DNA of 64,000 nucleotides from Eledone cirrhosa (Eukaryota): NCBI GenBank assembly GCA_964016885.1, contig OZ024753.1, positions 29,636,001 to 29,700,000 of the forward strand, read 5' to 3'. Shown piece by piece: positions 38,907 to 52,330 of this stretch (position 1 is its first letter; each line of letters starts with the position of its first letter). The notes under the pieces were generated by a model. It saw only the letters and a program-made list of their open reading frames with translations, ran no database searches and was not told where the DNA came from. The position numbers and the translations under genes were made by a program.

Positions 38907-41900
38907 TCATCATCATCAAATCATTTTACGTCCGCTTTTCCCTGCTTGCAAGTGTGGGACGGGTCTTATTCAGCACAGCATCTCTCCACTCGTCATGGTC
39001 CCTCGTCATCTCCACCGTGAGCTTCAATGATCTGAAGTCTGTTCTCACCACCTCCGCCCGTGTTTTTCTTGGTCTACCTCTACCACGTCTTACTTCAACT
39101 GGCAATTCCTGGCACTTCTTCACCCATCGGTCATCCTCCATGCGCATCACATGTCCATACCACCTCAGTCTCCTCTCCCGTACACTGCATTCTATCCCTC
39201 TCAGACACAGTTTCTCTCTCAACACATTTATGCTGGGTCGTTCACGCACATTTACACTGCACATCCAACGGAGCATGCTTGCCTCATTTCTCTCCAGCCG
39301 TCGCATATCCTCTGCGGTTGCTGCCCATGTCTCACTACCATGCAGCATCGCACTCCTCACACAGGCATCATACAACCGGCCTTTCGTACGCAGGGAGAAA
39401 CCCTTCTTCGTCAGCAGAGGAAGCAGCTCCCTAAACTTCTTCCAACCCGTCCTTATTCTAGATACTATGGCCTCGGACCACCCTCCTCCCATGCTAATCT
39501 GATCTCCTAGGTACCGGAAGCTATCCACCACTTCTATAGCGCCCTCTTGCATTTGAAAAATGTGTCTATCAGTGCGACTTTTACTGTCTAATTTCCCTGT
39601 ACATCTACTGCATACATATTTCTCCCTACCTGTTAGTTTGCCTGCTATCCCGCTACATCTCTTGTGTACCCAGGATCTGCATTGTGTGCATTTTATAGAA
39701 TTTATGCCAGTTCCTTTTCTGCATATCGAACATGACCATTTCCCTGACGGAATCAGGGTTTTGTCCTCTTTTCTACTCATCAACACTTTTGTCTTAGCTA
39801 GATTCACTTTCAGTCCTCTTGCTTCCAACTGTTGTTTCCATAGCCAGAATTTATTCTCTAGCTCCTCTACTGATTCTGCTATAAGAACCAGATTGTCAGC
39901 GTAGAGAAGTTCCCATGGACAGCCAGTCTTAAACTCCTCTGTTATGGCTTGGAGGACTATAATGAACAAGAGCGGGCTGAGGACCGAACCCTGATGTACT
40001 CCTACTTGTATCTTCCTCAACACCTAGCTTCCTTAGGGACCACCAGATGACAGATCGGGGTACCCTATCAAAGGCCTTCTCTAGGTCAACATAGGCTAAG
40101 TATAGTGGCTTATTTTTCTCTAAGAACCTCTTTTGTCTCACCAAGAAGAGGGCATCTGTTGTACTCTTCCCAGGCACAAAACCAAGCTACATCTCATCTA
40201 GTTTGACCCTTTCTCTAATTAGTTGTGCTAAAATCCTTTCTGCCACTTTCATAACCTGATCTATCAGTTTTATACCCCTATAATTGTTCCTCTCCAAAGC
40301 ATCCCCTTTACCTTTGTAGCAATTTATGAGAATACTGCTGCACCAGTCTTTGGGTATGACACCACCATATATAGCCTGATTGATGATGCGTGCAACCAGT
40401 TTAGTGCCTACGTCCCCTGATGCCTTCAGCATCTCAGCAACTATTCCCGATGGTCCAGCAGCCTTACCATTTTTCATTTCCCTAATTGCCTCTTGGACCC
40501 TATATTCGTCAATCTCAATAGCTGGTCCCTCTGTCGGATCCACCAAGGGTAATTTCTCTCTCTCCCATTCGTTCTCCACATTCATCAGTCTCTCATAATG
40601 ACATTTCCAGGCCTCCTTTTTCTGATCATTCGTGACACTAAGTACACCAGCATCATCCCGGACACATTTATCTCCAACAACATTCTGATTTGCATTGACA
40701 CACTGCCTTGCAATGTGGAACACCGCACGCCTCTGATCTTCCCGTCGCAGAACATTGGCAAACCTTCTACTCTCTGCCTCCCTGCGTGCTAAGTACACCT
40801 GACGTCTAGGTTCTCTCTTAGTGGCTGTATATTCTTCCCTACTCCCACCCTTTTTCCAAGCCTTCCATGCTAGTCTTTTGTCTCTAATAGCCTTATCTAC
40901 TGTGCTGTTTCACCACCAGGTCACTCTCTGTCTGGTTGGAGCTCTGCTCCAGCCACAAGTTTCATCAGTAGCCTGCAGCAAGTTGTCACGTAAGAAATTC
41001 CAGTTATTATCTATGTCATACGTCTCTAAATCGTCTTCTTTTTCGTCATATTCATCTTGAAGGGCTTTCCTAAATTTGTATTTTAGTGAAATGTCTTTTA
41101 GCTTCCAGACCTTTCTTCTCCACACCTTCCTATATGTCTCATTCCATCTCTTGCTTACTGAGATATCACTAACAACTAACCTATGCTGTGGGGTACATTC
41201 TTCCCCAGGGTATGCCTTGGTATTAGACACTATCTACCTGTCCAGCTGCCTAACTAGTAAGAAGTCAATCTGGCTTATGTGCTCACCAGATTTGTAGGTT
41301 ATTAGGTGATTGGCAGGTTTCTGGAAGTTTGTGTTGCAAATAGTCAATGTACCCGCATCACAAAATTCAAGAAGTCTCACTCCTTCTTCATTTCTTGAAC
41401 CGTAACCGTGCCCACCATGTACCCCAGTGTAACCATCCTGGAGCTGTCCAACATGACCATTGAAGTCTCCTGCTAGCATAACAATGTCTCCGTCCTCTGT
41501 CATTGCGGTTGTTTGCAAAAGTTGCTCATAAAAGCAGTCTTTCTCATCTTTGCCTAGGCCTGCTTGGGGAGCATAGGCCAAGATGATTGTCAGTAGTCTC
41601 CTACCTACAACTAATCTAAGCTTAATTATTCGATTACTAACTCGAACTACCTCTATTGCCTTATTGATCCATTTCTCAGCCAGGAAAATGCCTACTCCCC
41701 CTAGCCCATCATCCTTACCTACCCAGAATAGCTTATAGCTAAGACGCTTGCTTACGACTAGTCTCGCAGAGGCACCTCTCCATCTCACCTCTTGCATGCA
41801 GCACACAACCACCTGCCTTCTTTCCAGCATCTCCGCTATTTCAGCAGATCTACCTCTGAGAGTGCCAACATTAAGTGTTGCAACTCTGAGATGCGACGTC

Positions 41901-42110
41901 TTCATATTTTGTTGTTGTTCCTATTTGTTGCTGTACTGATAAGAGTTTTGGCATTGATACACTGGTTGGATGCCCTTCCTAACACCAGCGCCACTTTACA
42001 GCATGGACTGGGTGCTTTTATTTGTGCCACCAGCACTAGAGAGGATGTCTTACTAGACTCAAGGGCCCTCTCTACCCCTCCATTTTACAGCATGGTCATC
42101 AAAAAAAAAA
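38907..42110 (-). mobile_element. RTE family B, near full-length decayed copy including 5' UTR
   Basis: ATG 41905 (MKTSHLRVATLNVGTLRG); APE-RT-finger collinear with the 25144-27969 copy but with stops, frameshifts and an about 80-bp deletion near 40012. Confidence 0.92.
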
Positions 42111-42307
42111 AAAAACACACACCTTATTGACACGACGCACACACAAACACTCACACAACAACACTCATGCATACAACCCACAACCACACACACGCCACTC
42201 ACATACCAACACTCATTCATGCATACAATCACACACACCACTCACAAATACACATATATATACATATATTACCGACAGTACTGATACAAATATATATATA
42301 TATATAT

Positions 42308-42343
<36 letters not shown>

Positions 42344-42358
42344 AATATATATAAATAT

Positions 42359-42406
<48 letters not shown>

Positions 42407-42577
42407 TATATATATATTTTATATAATATATATATATATAATATATGCAAAAATTTTATTTAAAATTGTTGGGTTACAACGAGTAAATATTTTATAACTG
42501 ATATAAAAGCACTCAACAGGTTTTGGAGTAGGTTTACCATATTAAACAAATGGAAACTATATTTATAAAACCATATT

Positions 42578-42643
42578 TATTTCATTATATATATTTCAGG
42601 GATATCATATTAAAAATATGGTATGCCTTCCTCAGACAAAATA
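42578..42643 (-). ncRNA. Type I hammerhead ribozyme motif, same family as 3453-3517
   Basis: UAUUUUGU-CUGAGGA-AGGCAUACCAUAUU/AAUAUGAUAUCCCU-GAAA-UAUAUAU-A-AUGAAAUA; flanks homologous to 3150-3385. Confidence 0.75.
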
Positions 42644-42910
42644 CAATATATAAGCCGTTTTATAAATAAATTTGACATACCTTAAAATAATGCAAATTCC
42701 ATTTATATATATATATAATATATATATATATATTTTATATATATATATATAATATATATAATATATATAATATATTTTATATATATATATTATATATATA
42801 TATATATTATATATATATATATTATATATATATATATATATTATATATATAATAATATATATATATATATATATTATATATATTTTATATATATATATAT
42901 ATTATATATA

Positions 42911-42982
<72 letters not shown>

Positions 42983-43064
42983 TATATATTTTATATATTA
43001 TATTTTATATATTATATATTATATATTTTATATATTATATATTATATATTATATATTATATATT

Positions 43065-44632
43065 TTAATAGAAATACTATTAAAATGTCTTACTCTACGA
43101 CTCCTAACCTTGCACATAACATCACAGCTTCAAATTTAGCTAAACTACCTAGCCGTAGGAACAAGTGCAACCCTGTAGTTAGTACTAACTGTAATTGTAG
43201 GAATCGGGCTGATTGCCCCCTATCCGGGAAATGCCTCTCTAGTAACATTGTCTTCAAATGTAAGGTTGTAACACCCACGTCCCGTAGGGCCTACATAGAG
43301 TTAACCGCCAATAGTTTCAAGTAGCGTCTTTACATGCATACCCATTCTTTTCGTTACCCTCTAAGAAGGAATATGACGTCACTTTCAGCTTATATCTGGA
43401 GTCTAAAAGACAACCACACCCAATATAAGTTACACTGGGAGATCCTAGCTAGGGCTAGATCGTATAACGGAAATAAAAGACCATGTGACCTCTGCGCCGC
43501 TGAGGCCCTGGAAATACTCTACGCTACAGACCACATCTTAAACAAAAAATCTGAGGCAATTTCGGCTTGTAAACATAAATTGCACAAAACTTTCCTGTAT
43601 TACAGCCCTACGTTATACCCGAACGGATAGCACGATCTATACGTGGATATTTTACGTCTTGATGTGGGAGCTAAGTATATGTTTTGTTTATTCCTTTACT
43701 TATTTGCATAGGTAAGTATATATTACCCGTATGTTTTGTGAAGGTATGTATACCTTCTCGTACGTATATTTGACTGTTATAACGTATAATTTTTACATAT
43801 TTTGGTATTTAGGGTTTGGCTATGTGTATACGGGAGTTTTGCGTCCGCGTGAGTGTGCAGGTTCGTACGTATGGTGGGTGTGTGTATATGTGTACTTCTT
43901 GTTTTAGTTGACTTACGTCTCCGAACATTCGTGTATTTATATGTAGGTGTGCGTGTGTGCTTGTTATATACGTATTTATTTACTTATATAATTTTATATA
44001 ATTATTTATTTATTTGTACACAAGCATACACACACACACATATTTATATGTGCGTGGTTTTGTATACCCATGGTAAGGTTTTGCGTATGCTTGTGTATGT
44101 ACGTATCTGTTTGCGTGTATGTATTTATTTGTTTCTATTACTTCTGTATTGTATTTATTTACTTTGTTCTTAACTCTGTAGCGGAGATTCATTTGGTCTC
44201 CTAGTTAGAATTTTAGTCTACGATTTCTGCTATACCATTTACGTGGTTTTGTCTTTGCGTGCTATTGTTCTCCACGCTCCACATATGACTTATTATCTTC
44301 GTTTTTTCGTTCATTGCCAGAGAACGTCTCTATGCACCACCTAAGAGAACATTAGTCTACGACCTCTTTTATACCATAAACGTGGTTTTGTCTTTGCGCG
44401 TAATTGTTTTTCACCGCTCCTATTAATGACGTATTATTCGTTTTTTCCCGTTCTTTGCCAGCGAACGTTACCACGAACCAAAGTATCGTCTTCCTGTCTT
44501 CCTCCGGTTGCAACGTTTTTTGAAATATCCAGTTCTGCGTTTACAGATTGACTTTGTTAGTTTCAGAAGATCCCGTTAAGGGTGAAAGCAGCGATTCTTT
44601 GCTTAAACTTTAATCTGTTATTTTAATAAATT
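43065..44632 (+). mobile_element. Penelope-like element 3' part: GIY-YIG endonuclease remnant + terminal repeat with hammerhead
   Basis: NRNTIKMSYS..CNCRNRADCPLSGKCL..IVF..AYIELT..FK*RLY.H..TSLSAYIWSLKD..CDLC..E..LNKKSE..CKH; about 1 kb non-coding tail ending in a hammerhead-like fold. Confidence 0.85.
44543..44618 (+). ncRNA. Hammerhead-like fold with variant core CAGAAGA at the Penelope 3' end
   Basis: AGUUU-CAGAAGA-UCCCGUUAAGGGU-GAAA-GCAG..UUGCU-U-AAACU, outer stem ACAGAUUGA/UUAAUCUGU. Confidence 0.6.
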
Positions 44633-44714
44633 AATATATATATATATATATTATATATATATAAATTAATAAAATAATGAATAAACAAAGAAACAGTTCC
44701 TTATATTAAAAAAT

Positions 44715-44852
44715 TCATCATTGTACGATCATTTCTAGGATATATATGTTAGTGTTGGTATGCATATCCTATAGATCTATGTAAAATTTTTACAAACTAT
44801 CAGAGGGAATATACATACCTACACATATATATGCTGTCTTCAGAAATAATGA
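44715..44852 (-). ncRNA. Hammerhead motif with about 100-nt stem II
   Basis: UCAUUAUUU-CUGAAGA-[long hairpin AUAUAUAUGU..GGUAUGUAUAUU / GAUAUGCAUACC..ACAUAUAUAU]-GAAA-UGAUCG-UA-CAAUGAUGA. Confidence 0.55.
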
Positions 44853-45412
44853 TATTTGTTTATTGAAAAAAAACCAACAAAGATTTAATACAATAGGTCT
44901 GTTTGGGAACAGGTTTTGAATTGACCAATAGAAAGGTAGTGAAGGTCAAGATAGTAATATAGTAGTAAAAGAACCTTAATTTATGGGTAGAGGAAGGTGG
45001 ATTTCCTCTACCCATAAATTAAGGTTCTTTTACTACTATATTACTATCTTGACCTTCACGACCTTTCTATTGGTCAATTCAAAACCTGTTCCCAAACAGA
45101 CCTATTGTATTAAATCTTTGTTGGTTTTTTTCAATAAACAAATATCATTATTGTGGATTGGCAGTATCGGTAGAGGGTCGGACGTCATGCTTTGACGCAT
45201 AGAGTTACGGCCCTTTCCATTCTGAGTTCAAATCCCGCCGAGGTCAACTTTGCCTTTCATCCTTACGGGGTCGATAAAAAAGTACCAGTAATGTACTGAG
45301 TGATTGCTGGCCTTGTGCCAAAATTAGAAACAATTATTTCTGAAGACAGCATATATATGTGTAGGTATGTATATTCCCTCTGATAGTTTGTAAAAATTTT
45401 ACATAGATCTAT
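44771..45412. repeat. Fold-back palindrome, about 225-bp arms, right arm interrupted by a SINE
   Basis: Centre GAGGAA-GGTGGAT-TTCCTC at 44990-45008; SINE at about 45151-45336 in one arm only. Confidence 0.9.
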
Positions 45413-45871
45413 TATATATTTATATATATAAATTATATATATATATATATATATTATATATTTATATATATATTATATATATATATATATATATAACATA
45501 TTTATTTTGACGCTATAGTCACTTATATATTATGGAATACTGTTGGTTACAATGCTACAATGTTTTCTATACCTTTCATTTATATATTATATATTTATAT
45601 ATATATTATATATATATATATATATTATATATATATATATTATATATATATATATTATATATATATATATTATATATATATATATATTATATATATATAT
45701 ATTATATATTTATATATATATGATATATTTATATATATTATATACTTATATATATATATTATATATATTATATATTTATATATATATATTATATATATAT
45801 ATTATATATTTATATATATATATATATATTATATATATATATTATATATTTATATATATATTATATATATA

Positions 45872-47115
45872 TGTTGTTGGTGATAAATGTGTCCGGGATG
45901 ATGCCGGTGTACTTAGTGTCACGAATGACCAGAAAAAGGAGGCCTGGAAATGCCATTATGAGAGACTGATGAATGTGGAGAACGAATGGGAGAGAGAGAA
46001 ATTACCCTTGGTAGATCCGACAGAGGGACCAGCTATTGAGATTGACGAATATAGGGTCCAAGAGGCGATTAGGGAAATGAAAAATGGTAAGGCGGCCGGA
46101 CCATCGGGAATAGTTGCTGAGATGCTGAAGGCATCAGGGGACGTAGGCACTAAACTGGTTGCACGCATAATCAATCAGGCTATATATGGTGGTGTCATAC
46201 CCAAAGACTGGTGCAGCAGTATTCTCATAAATTGCTACAAAGGTAAAGGGGATGCTCTGGAGAGGAGCAATTATAGGGGTATAAAACTGATAGATCAGGT
46301 TATGAAAGTGGCAGAAAGGATTTTAGCACAACTAATTAGAGAAAGGGTCAAACTAGATGAGATGCAGTTTGGTTTTGTGCCTGGGAAGAGTACAACAGAT
46401 GCCCTCTTCTTGGTGAGACAAATGCAAGAGAGGTTCTTAGAGAAGAATAAGCCACTATACTTGGCCTTTGTTGACCTAGAGAAGGCCTTTGATAGGGTAC
46501 CCCGATCTGTCATCTGGTGGTCCCTAAGGAAGCTGGGTGTTGAGGAATGGCTTGTAAGGACAGTGCAAACTTTGTACAGAGGTACTCTCAGTAAAGTCAG
46601 GGTAGGAATGGAGTTTAGTGAGGAATTCCAGATACAAGTAGGAGTACATCAGGGTTCGGTCCTCAGCCCGCTCTTGTTCATTATAGTCCTCCAAGCCATA
46701 ACAGAGATATGCGACGGCTGGAGAGAAATGAGGCAAGCATGCTCCGTTGGATGTGCAGTGTAAATGTGCGTGAACGACCCAGCATAAATGTGTTGAGAGA
46801 GAAACTGTGTCTGAGAGGGATAGAATGTAGTGTACGGGAGAGGAGACTGAGGTGGTATGGACATGTGATGCGCATGGAGGATGACCGATGGGTGAAGAAG
46901 TGCCAGGAAATGCCAGTTGAAGGAAGACGTAGTAGAGGTAGACCACGAAAAACATGGGCGGAGGTGGTGAGAACAGACCTCAGATCATTGAAGCTCACGG
47001 TGGAGATGACGAGGGACCGTGACGAGTGGAGAGATGCTGTGCTGAATAAGACCCGTCCCACCCTTGCAAGCAGGGAAAAGCGGACGTAAAATGATGATGA
47101 TGATGATGATGATGA
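45872..47115 (+). mobile_element. RTE family B, 5'-truncated, with about 630-bp internal deletion
   Basis: Near-identical to 26124-27990 but jumps from ...QAITE to DMRRL at about 46705; (ATG)n tail. Confidence 0.92.
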
Positions 47116-47199
47116 TATATATAATATATATATATATATATAATATATATATATATATAATATATATATATATATATAATATAATATATATATATATAT

Positions 47200-49754
47200 A
47201 AGCAGAAGACTTCAATGGTCATGTTGGACAGCTCCAGGATGATTACACTGGGGTACATGGTGGGCACGGTTACGGCTCAAGAAATGAAGAAGGAGTGAGA
47301 CTTCTTGAATTTTGTGATGCGGGTACATTGACTGTTTGCAACACAAACTTCCAGAAACCTGCCAATCACCTAATAACCTACAAATCTGGTGAGCACATAA
47401 GCCAGATTGACTTCTTACTAGTTAGGCAGCGGCACAGGCAGATAGTGTCTAATATCAAGGCATACCCTGGGGAAGAATGTACCCCACAGCATAGGTTAAT
47501 TGTTAGTGATATCTCAGTAAGCAAGAGATGGAATGAGACATATAGGAAGGTGTGAAGAAAGGTCTGGAAGCTAAAAGACCTTTCACTAAAATAAAAATTT
47601 AGGAAAGCCCTTCAAGATGAATATGACGAAAAAGAAGATGATTTAGATACGTATGACATAGATAATAACTAGAATTTCTTACGTGACAACTTGATGCAGG
47701 CTACTGATGAAACTTGTGGCTGGAGCAGAGCTCCAACCAGACAGAGAGTGACCTGGTGGTGGAACAGCACAGTAGATAAGGCCATTAGAGACAAAAGACT
47801 AGCATGGAAGGCTTGGAAAAAGGGTGGGAGTAGGGAAGAATATACAACCACTAAGAGAGAAGCTAGACGTCAGGTGTACTTAGCATGCAGGGAGGCGGAG
47901 AGTAGGAGGTTTGCCAATGTTCTGCGACGGAAAGATCAGAGGTGTGCAGTGTTCCACATTGCAAGGCAGTGTGTCAATGCAAATCAGGATGTTGTTGGAG
48001 ATAAATGTGTCCGGGATGATGCCGGTTTAGTGTCACGAATGATCAGAAAAAGGAGGCCTGGAAATGTCATTATGAGAGACTGATGAATGTGGAGAACGAA
48101 TGGGAGAGAGAGAAATTACCCTTAGTAGATCCGACAGAGGGACCAGCTATTGAGATTGATGAATATAAGGTCCAAGAGGCGATTAGGGAAATGAAAAATG
48201 GTAAGGCTGCTGGACCATCGGGAATAGTTGCTGAGATGCTGAAGGCATCAGGGGACGTAGGCATTAAACTGGTTGCACGCATCATCAATCAGGCTATATA
48301 TGGTGGTGTCATACCCAAAGACTGGTGCAGCAGTATTCTCATAAATTGCTACAAAGGTAAAGGGGATGCTCTGGAGAGAAGCAATTATAGGGGTATAAAA
48401 CTGATAGATCAGGTTATGAAAGTGGCAGAAAGGATATTAGCACAACTAATTAGAGAAAGGGTCAAACTAGATGAGATGCAGTTTGGTTTTGTGCCTGGGA
48501 AGCCTTGTTGACCTAGAGAAGGCCTTTGATAGGGTACCCCGATCTGTCATCTGGTGGTCCCTAAGGAAGCTAGGTGTTGAGGAATGGCTTGTGAGGACAG
48601 TGCAAACTTTGTACAGAGGTACTCTCAGTAAAGTCAGGGTAGGAATGGAGTTTAGTGAGGAATTCCAGATACAAGTAGAAGTACATCAGGGTTCGGTCCT
48701 CAGCCCGCTCTTGTTCATTATAGTCCTCCAAGCCATAACAGAGGAGTTTAAGACTGGCTGTCCATGGGAACTTCTCTATGCTGACGATCTGGTTCTTATA
48801 GCAGAATCAGTAGAGGAGCTAGAGAATAAATTCTGACTATGGAAACAGCAGTTGGAAGCAAGAGGACTGAAAGTGAACCTAGCTAAGACAAAAGTGTTGA
48901 TGAGTAGAAAAGAGGACAAACCCTGATTCCGTCAGGGAAATAGCCATGTTCGATATGCAGAAAAGGAACTGGCATAAATTCTATAAAATGCACACAATGC
49001 AGATCCTGGGTACACAAGAGATGTAGCGGGATAGCAGGCAAACTAACAGGTAGGGAGAAATATGTATGCAGTAGATGTACAGGGAAATTAGACAGTAGAG
49101 GTCGCATTGATAGACACATTTTTCAAATGCAAGAGTGCGCTATAGAAGTGGTGGATAGCTTCCGGTACCTAGGAGATCAGATTAGCATGGGAGGAGGGTG
49201 TTCTGAGGCCATAGTATCTAGAATAAGGACGGGTTGGAAGAAGTTTAGGGAGCTGCTTCCTCTGCTGACGAAGAAGGGTTTCTCCCTGCGTACGAAAGGC
49301 CGGTTGTATGATGCCTGTGTGAAGAGCGCGATGCTGCATGGTAGTGAGACATGGGCAGCAACTGCAGAGGATATGTGATGGCTGGAGAGAAATGAGGCAA
49401 ACATGTTCCGTTGGATGTGCAGTGTAAATGTGCGTGAACGACCCAGCATAAATGTGTTGAGAGAGAAACTGTGTCTGAGAGGGATAGAATGTAGTGTACG
49501 GGAGAGGAGACTGAGGTGGTATGGACATGTGATGCGCATGGAGGATGACCGATGGGTGAAGAAGTGCCAGGGAATGCCAGTTGAAGGAAGATGTGGTAGA
49601 GGTAGACCATGAAAAACATGGGCAGAGGTGGTGAGAACAGACCTCAGATCATTGAAGCTCACGGCGGAGATGACGAGGGACCGTGATGAGTGGAGAGATG
49701 CTGTGCTGAATAAGACCCGTCCCACCCTTGCAAGCAGGGAAAAGCGGACGTAAA

Positions 49755-49786
<32 letters not shown>
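47200..49786 (+). mobile_element. RTE family B, 5'-truncated pseudogenised copy
   Basis: Collinear with 25330-27990, with many stops and indels; (ATG)n tail then (TA)n. Confidence 0.92.
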
Positions 49787-49822
49787 AATATATATATATA
49801 ATATATATATATATATAATATA

Positions 49823-50042
<220 letters not shown>

Positions 50043-50050
50043 GTATATAT

Positions 50051-50392
50051 GGAGGCACATGGCTTAGTGGTTAGAGCATTGGCCTTGCAATCGAAAGGTT
50101 GTGAGTTCAATTCTCAGACCGGGTGATGTGTTGTTTCCTTGAGCAAGACACTTTATTTCACATTGCTCCAGTTTACTCAGCTGTAGAAATGAGATGATAG
50201 GGACTGGGGTCTCTATCATTCCACTGCAAAGTGGTCGTGTAGGTGCCACGGAAAAAAAAGCACCCAGCACTCACTAGGTTGGTGTTAGGAAGGGCATCCA
50301 ACTGTAGAAATCAAGCCAGAATCAGTTCACGTCCCACCCTTGCAAGCAGGGAAAAGCGGACGTAAAATGATGATGATGATGATGATGATGAT
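50051..50392 (+). mobile_element. tRNA-derived SINE family S2 with RTE family-B 3' tail
   Basis: Head TGGCTTAGTGG / GAGTTCAATTC; tail GTCCCACCCTTGCAAGCAGGGAAAAGCGGACGTAAA(ATG)n identical to the LINE end at 27935-27990. Confidence 0.9.
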
Positions 50393-50934
50393 ATAATATT
50401 ATATATATATATAATATATGTATATATATAATATTATATATATATATATATATAATATATGTATATATATCATATTATATATATATATATACATAATATA
50501 TGTATATATATCATATTATATATATATATATATACATACACACACACATATATATATATATATATACGTTTACATATACATATATATGTGTTTATATATA
50601 TATATATGTATGTGTGTGTTAAAGTACATCTGCTAATGCTCTTGAGTTTATATGAGAAAAGAATATATAAGCAGTTAATTTTTACAACAATGGCATGAAT
50701 AAGATGCTACTAATACATTATTTTATCTCATAATATATTTTACCAATGATTGCCATCAATAGAGATGGCTGGGTCCATTACTAATAAGTGTATTTGTTAA
50801 ATACGTTGTTATTGATCTCAAGTTTTTATGTCATTGTATATGCTACCGTATTTCAACAATACAGGCAATAGCAATGTACTTTTTAATATTTTGTATAGAA
50901 ACGACATGAAAAGAAAACACTGCTGAGATAAATG

Positions 50935-50980
50935 TATATAAGAAGAACCAGCGATACTGAGATACCATTAGTTTCAGTCT
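50935..50980 (+). promoter_or_regulatory. Putative TATA core promoter of the protease gene
   Basis: TATATAAG at 50935, Inr-like TTAGTT/TCAGTC 33-40 nt downstream, GATA words nearby, ATG at 51004. Confidence 0.35.
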
Positions 50981-51003
50981 TAGAAACATCTCACATCTCA
51001 AAC

Positions 51004-51052
51004 ATGTTGGCTATACTTTGCTTGGCAATCGCTCTTCCTTTCAGCTTCGCTG
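51004..51052 (+). CDS. Secreted chymotrypsin-like serine protease (peptidase S1A), exon 1 (signal peptide)
   Basis: MLAILCLAIALPFSFA hydrophobic signal; G|GTAAGC donor, phase 1 matches exon 2. Confidence 0.75.
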
Positions 51053-51317
51053 GTAAGCATTGTCAATGTTATATAATCTAGCAGTTGCTTTTCGATACAT
51101 TAATACAATTTTATGTCTTGTTTTTCGAGACAATTTATAATATTACCTTTAAGAACATTTTTTTCATACAATCACACTAAAGTTTTCTTCTTAGAAAAAA
51201 ATTCACATGAAAATATAGAATTAACAATCTGCCATTTTCCTTCTTCGTATTTATACATTTCTATATCATTGTCATATATTTTTCTTCTTCATGAATCATT
51301 CACTACATAGTTCTTAT

Positions 51318-51712
51318 CAACACACCACCACACCACCAACAGACCACTACACCACCAACACACCACTACAACATCAACACACTACTACACCATCAACAGA
51401 CCACTACACCACCAACACACCACTACATCACCAACACACCACTACACCACCAACACACCACTACACTGCCAACACACCACTACACCGCCAACAGACCACT
51501 ACACCACCAACACACCACTACACCACCAACACACCACTACACCGCCAACACACCACTACACCACCAACACACTACTACACCACCAACACACCACTACACC
51601 GCCAACACACCACTACACCGCCAACAGACCACTACACCACTACACCGCCAACACACCACTACACCACCAACACACCACTACACCACCAACACACCACTAC
51701 ACCACCAACACA
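51318..51712. repeat. 19-bp minisatellite (CACCACTACACCACCAACA)n in protease intron 1
   Basis: Direct inspection, about 20 degenerate units. Confidence 0.9.
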
Positions 51713-51772
51713 TTATTAACCATCAACACATCTCAACACCCAATTTATCTCTTAATGTATCAATATTTTCAG

Positions 51773-51923
51773 GCCCAGAGACTCAGATTGTAGGTGGCGC
51801 TCCTGCACCAAACTGTCAGTATCCATCTATAGTTCATTTGATCTTTGATACTAATAAAGGAGGTTTTGCATGTGGCGGTACCTTACTGGACAACCAACAT
51901 GTCTTGACTGCTGCCCATTGCTT
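51773..51923 (+). CDS. S1A serine protease exon 2 (activation site, catalytic His)
   Basis: TTTTCAG acceptor; GPETQ-IVGG...ACGGTLLDNQHVLTAAHC; GTAAGT donor. Confidence 0.92.
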
Positions 51924-52330
51924 GTAAGTAACAGTTTCTCAAATGAAGTTTTTCATTTGTCCCCCACTCCACACGACCACCACCCCACCTCCCTCTAACC
52001 AGATTTCTGTCTGTTCAGTACTCCACTGAATCATCTAATCCAATGCTTCCCAAAGTGGGTTCGGCTGAATCCAAGGTTCCACAAAGGAGTGTCTGGTGCC
52101 CCATGAAAAAAAGGTAGAGGAGTATATTTATAGTACGACCATATCACAATAGTAGACTTTGGGGTTCCCCCAAAAGTTTCTGAACCAAAAAGGGTTCCAC
52201 GTTTGAAAAAGTTTGGGAAACCCTGACATTCAATGTCAATGTTGTTTCACGTGTTATTTTCAACAGATCCAATGTCCTCTATAATTTAACAACACTACAA
52301 TCTGTCCACTGAAATATTTATTGCACAGAT

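Noticed and set aside
43320-43326. Recoded (selenocysteine) stop in the Penelope endonuclease
   Set aside because: The stop is TAG, not TGA, and the YIG motif is also mutated, which indicates simple decay.
50051-50125. tRNA gene
   Set aside because: tRNA-like A/B boxes continue into a SINE body and LINE tail; it is a SINE head.
51291-51719. Thr/His/Pro-rich mucin-like ORF
   Set aside because: Translation of a 19-bp intronic minisatellite; the protease exons splice around it in frame.
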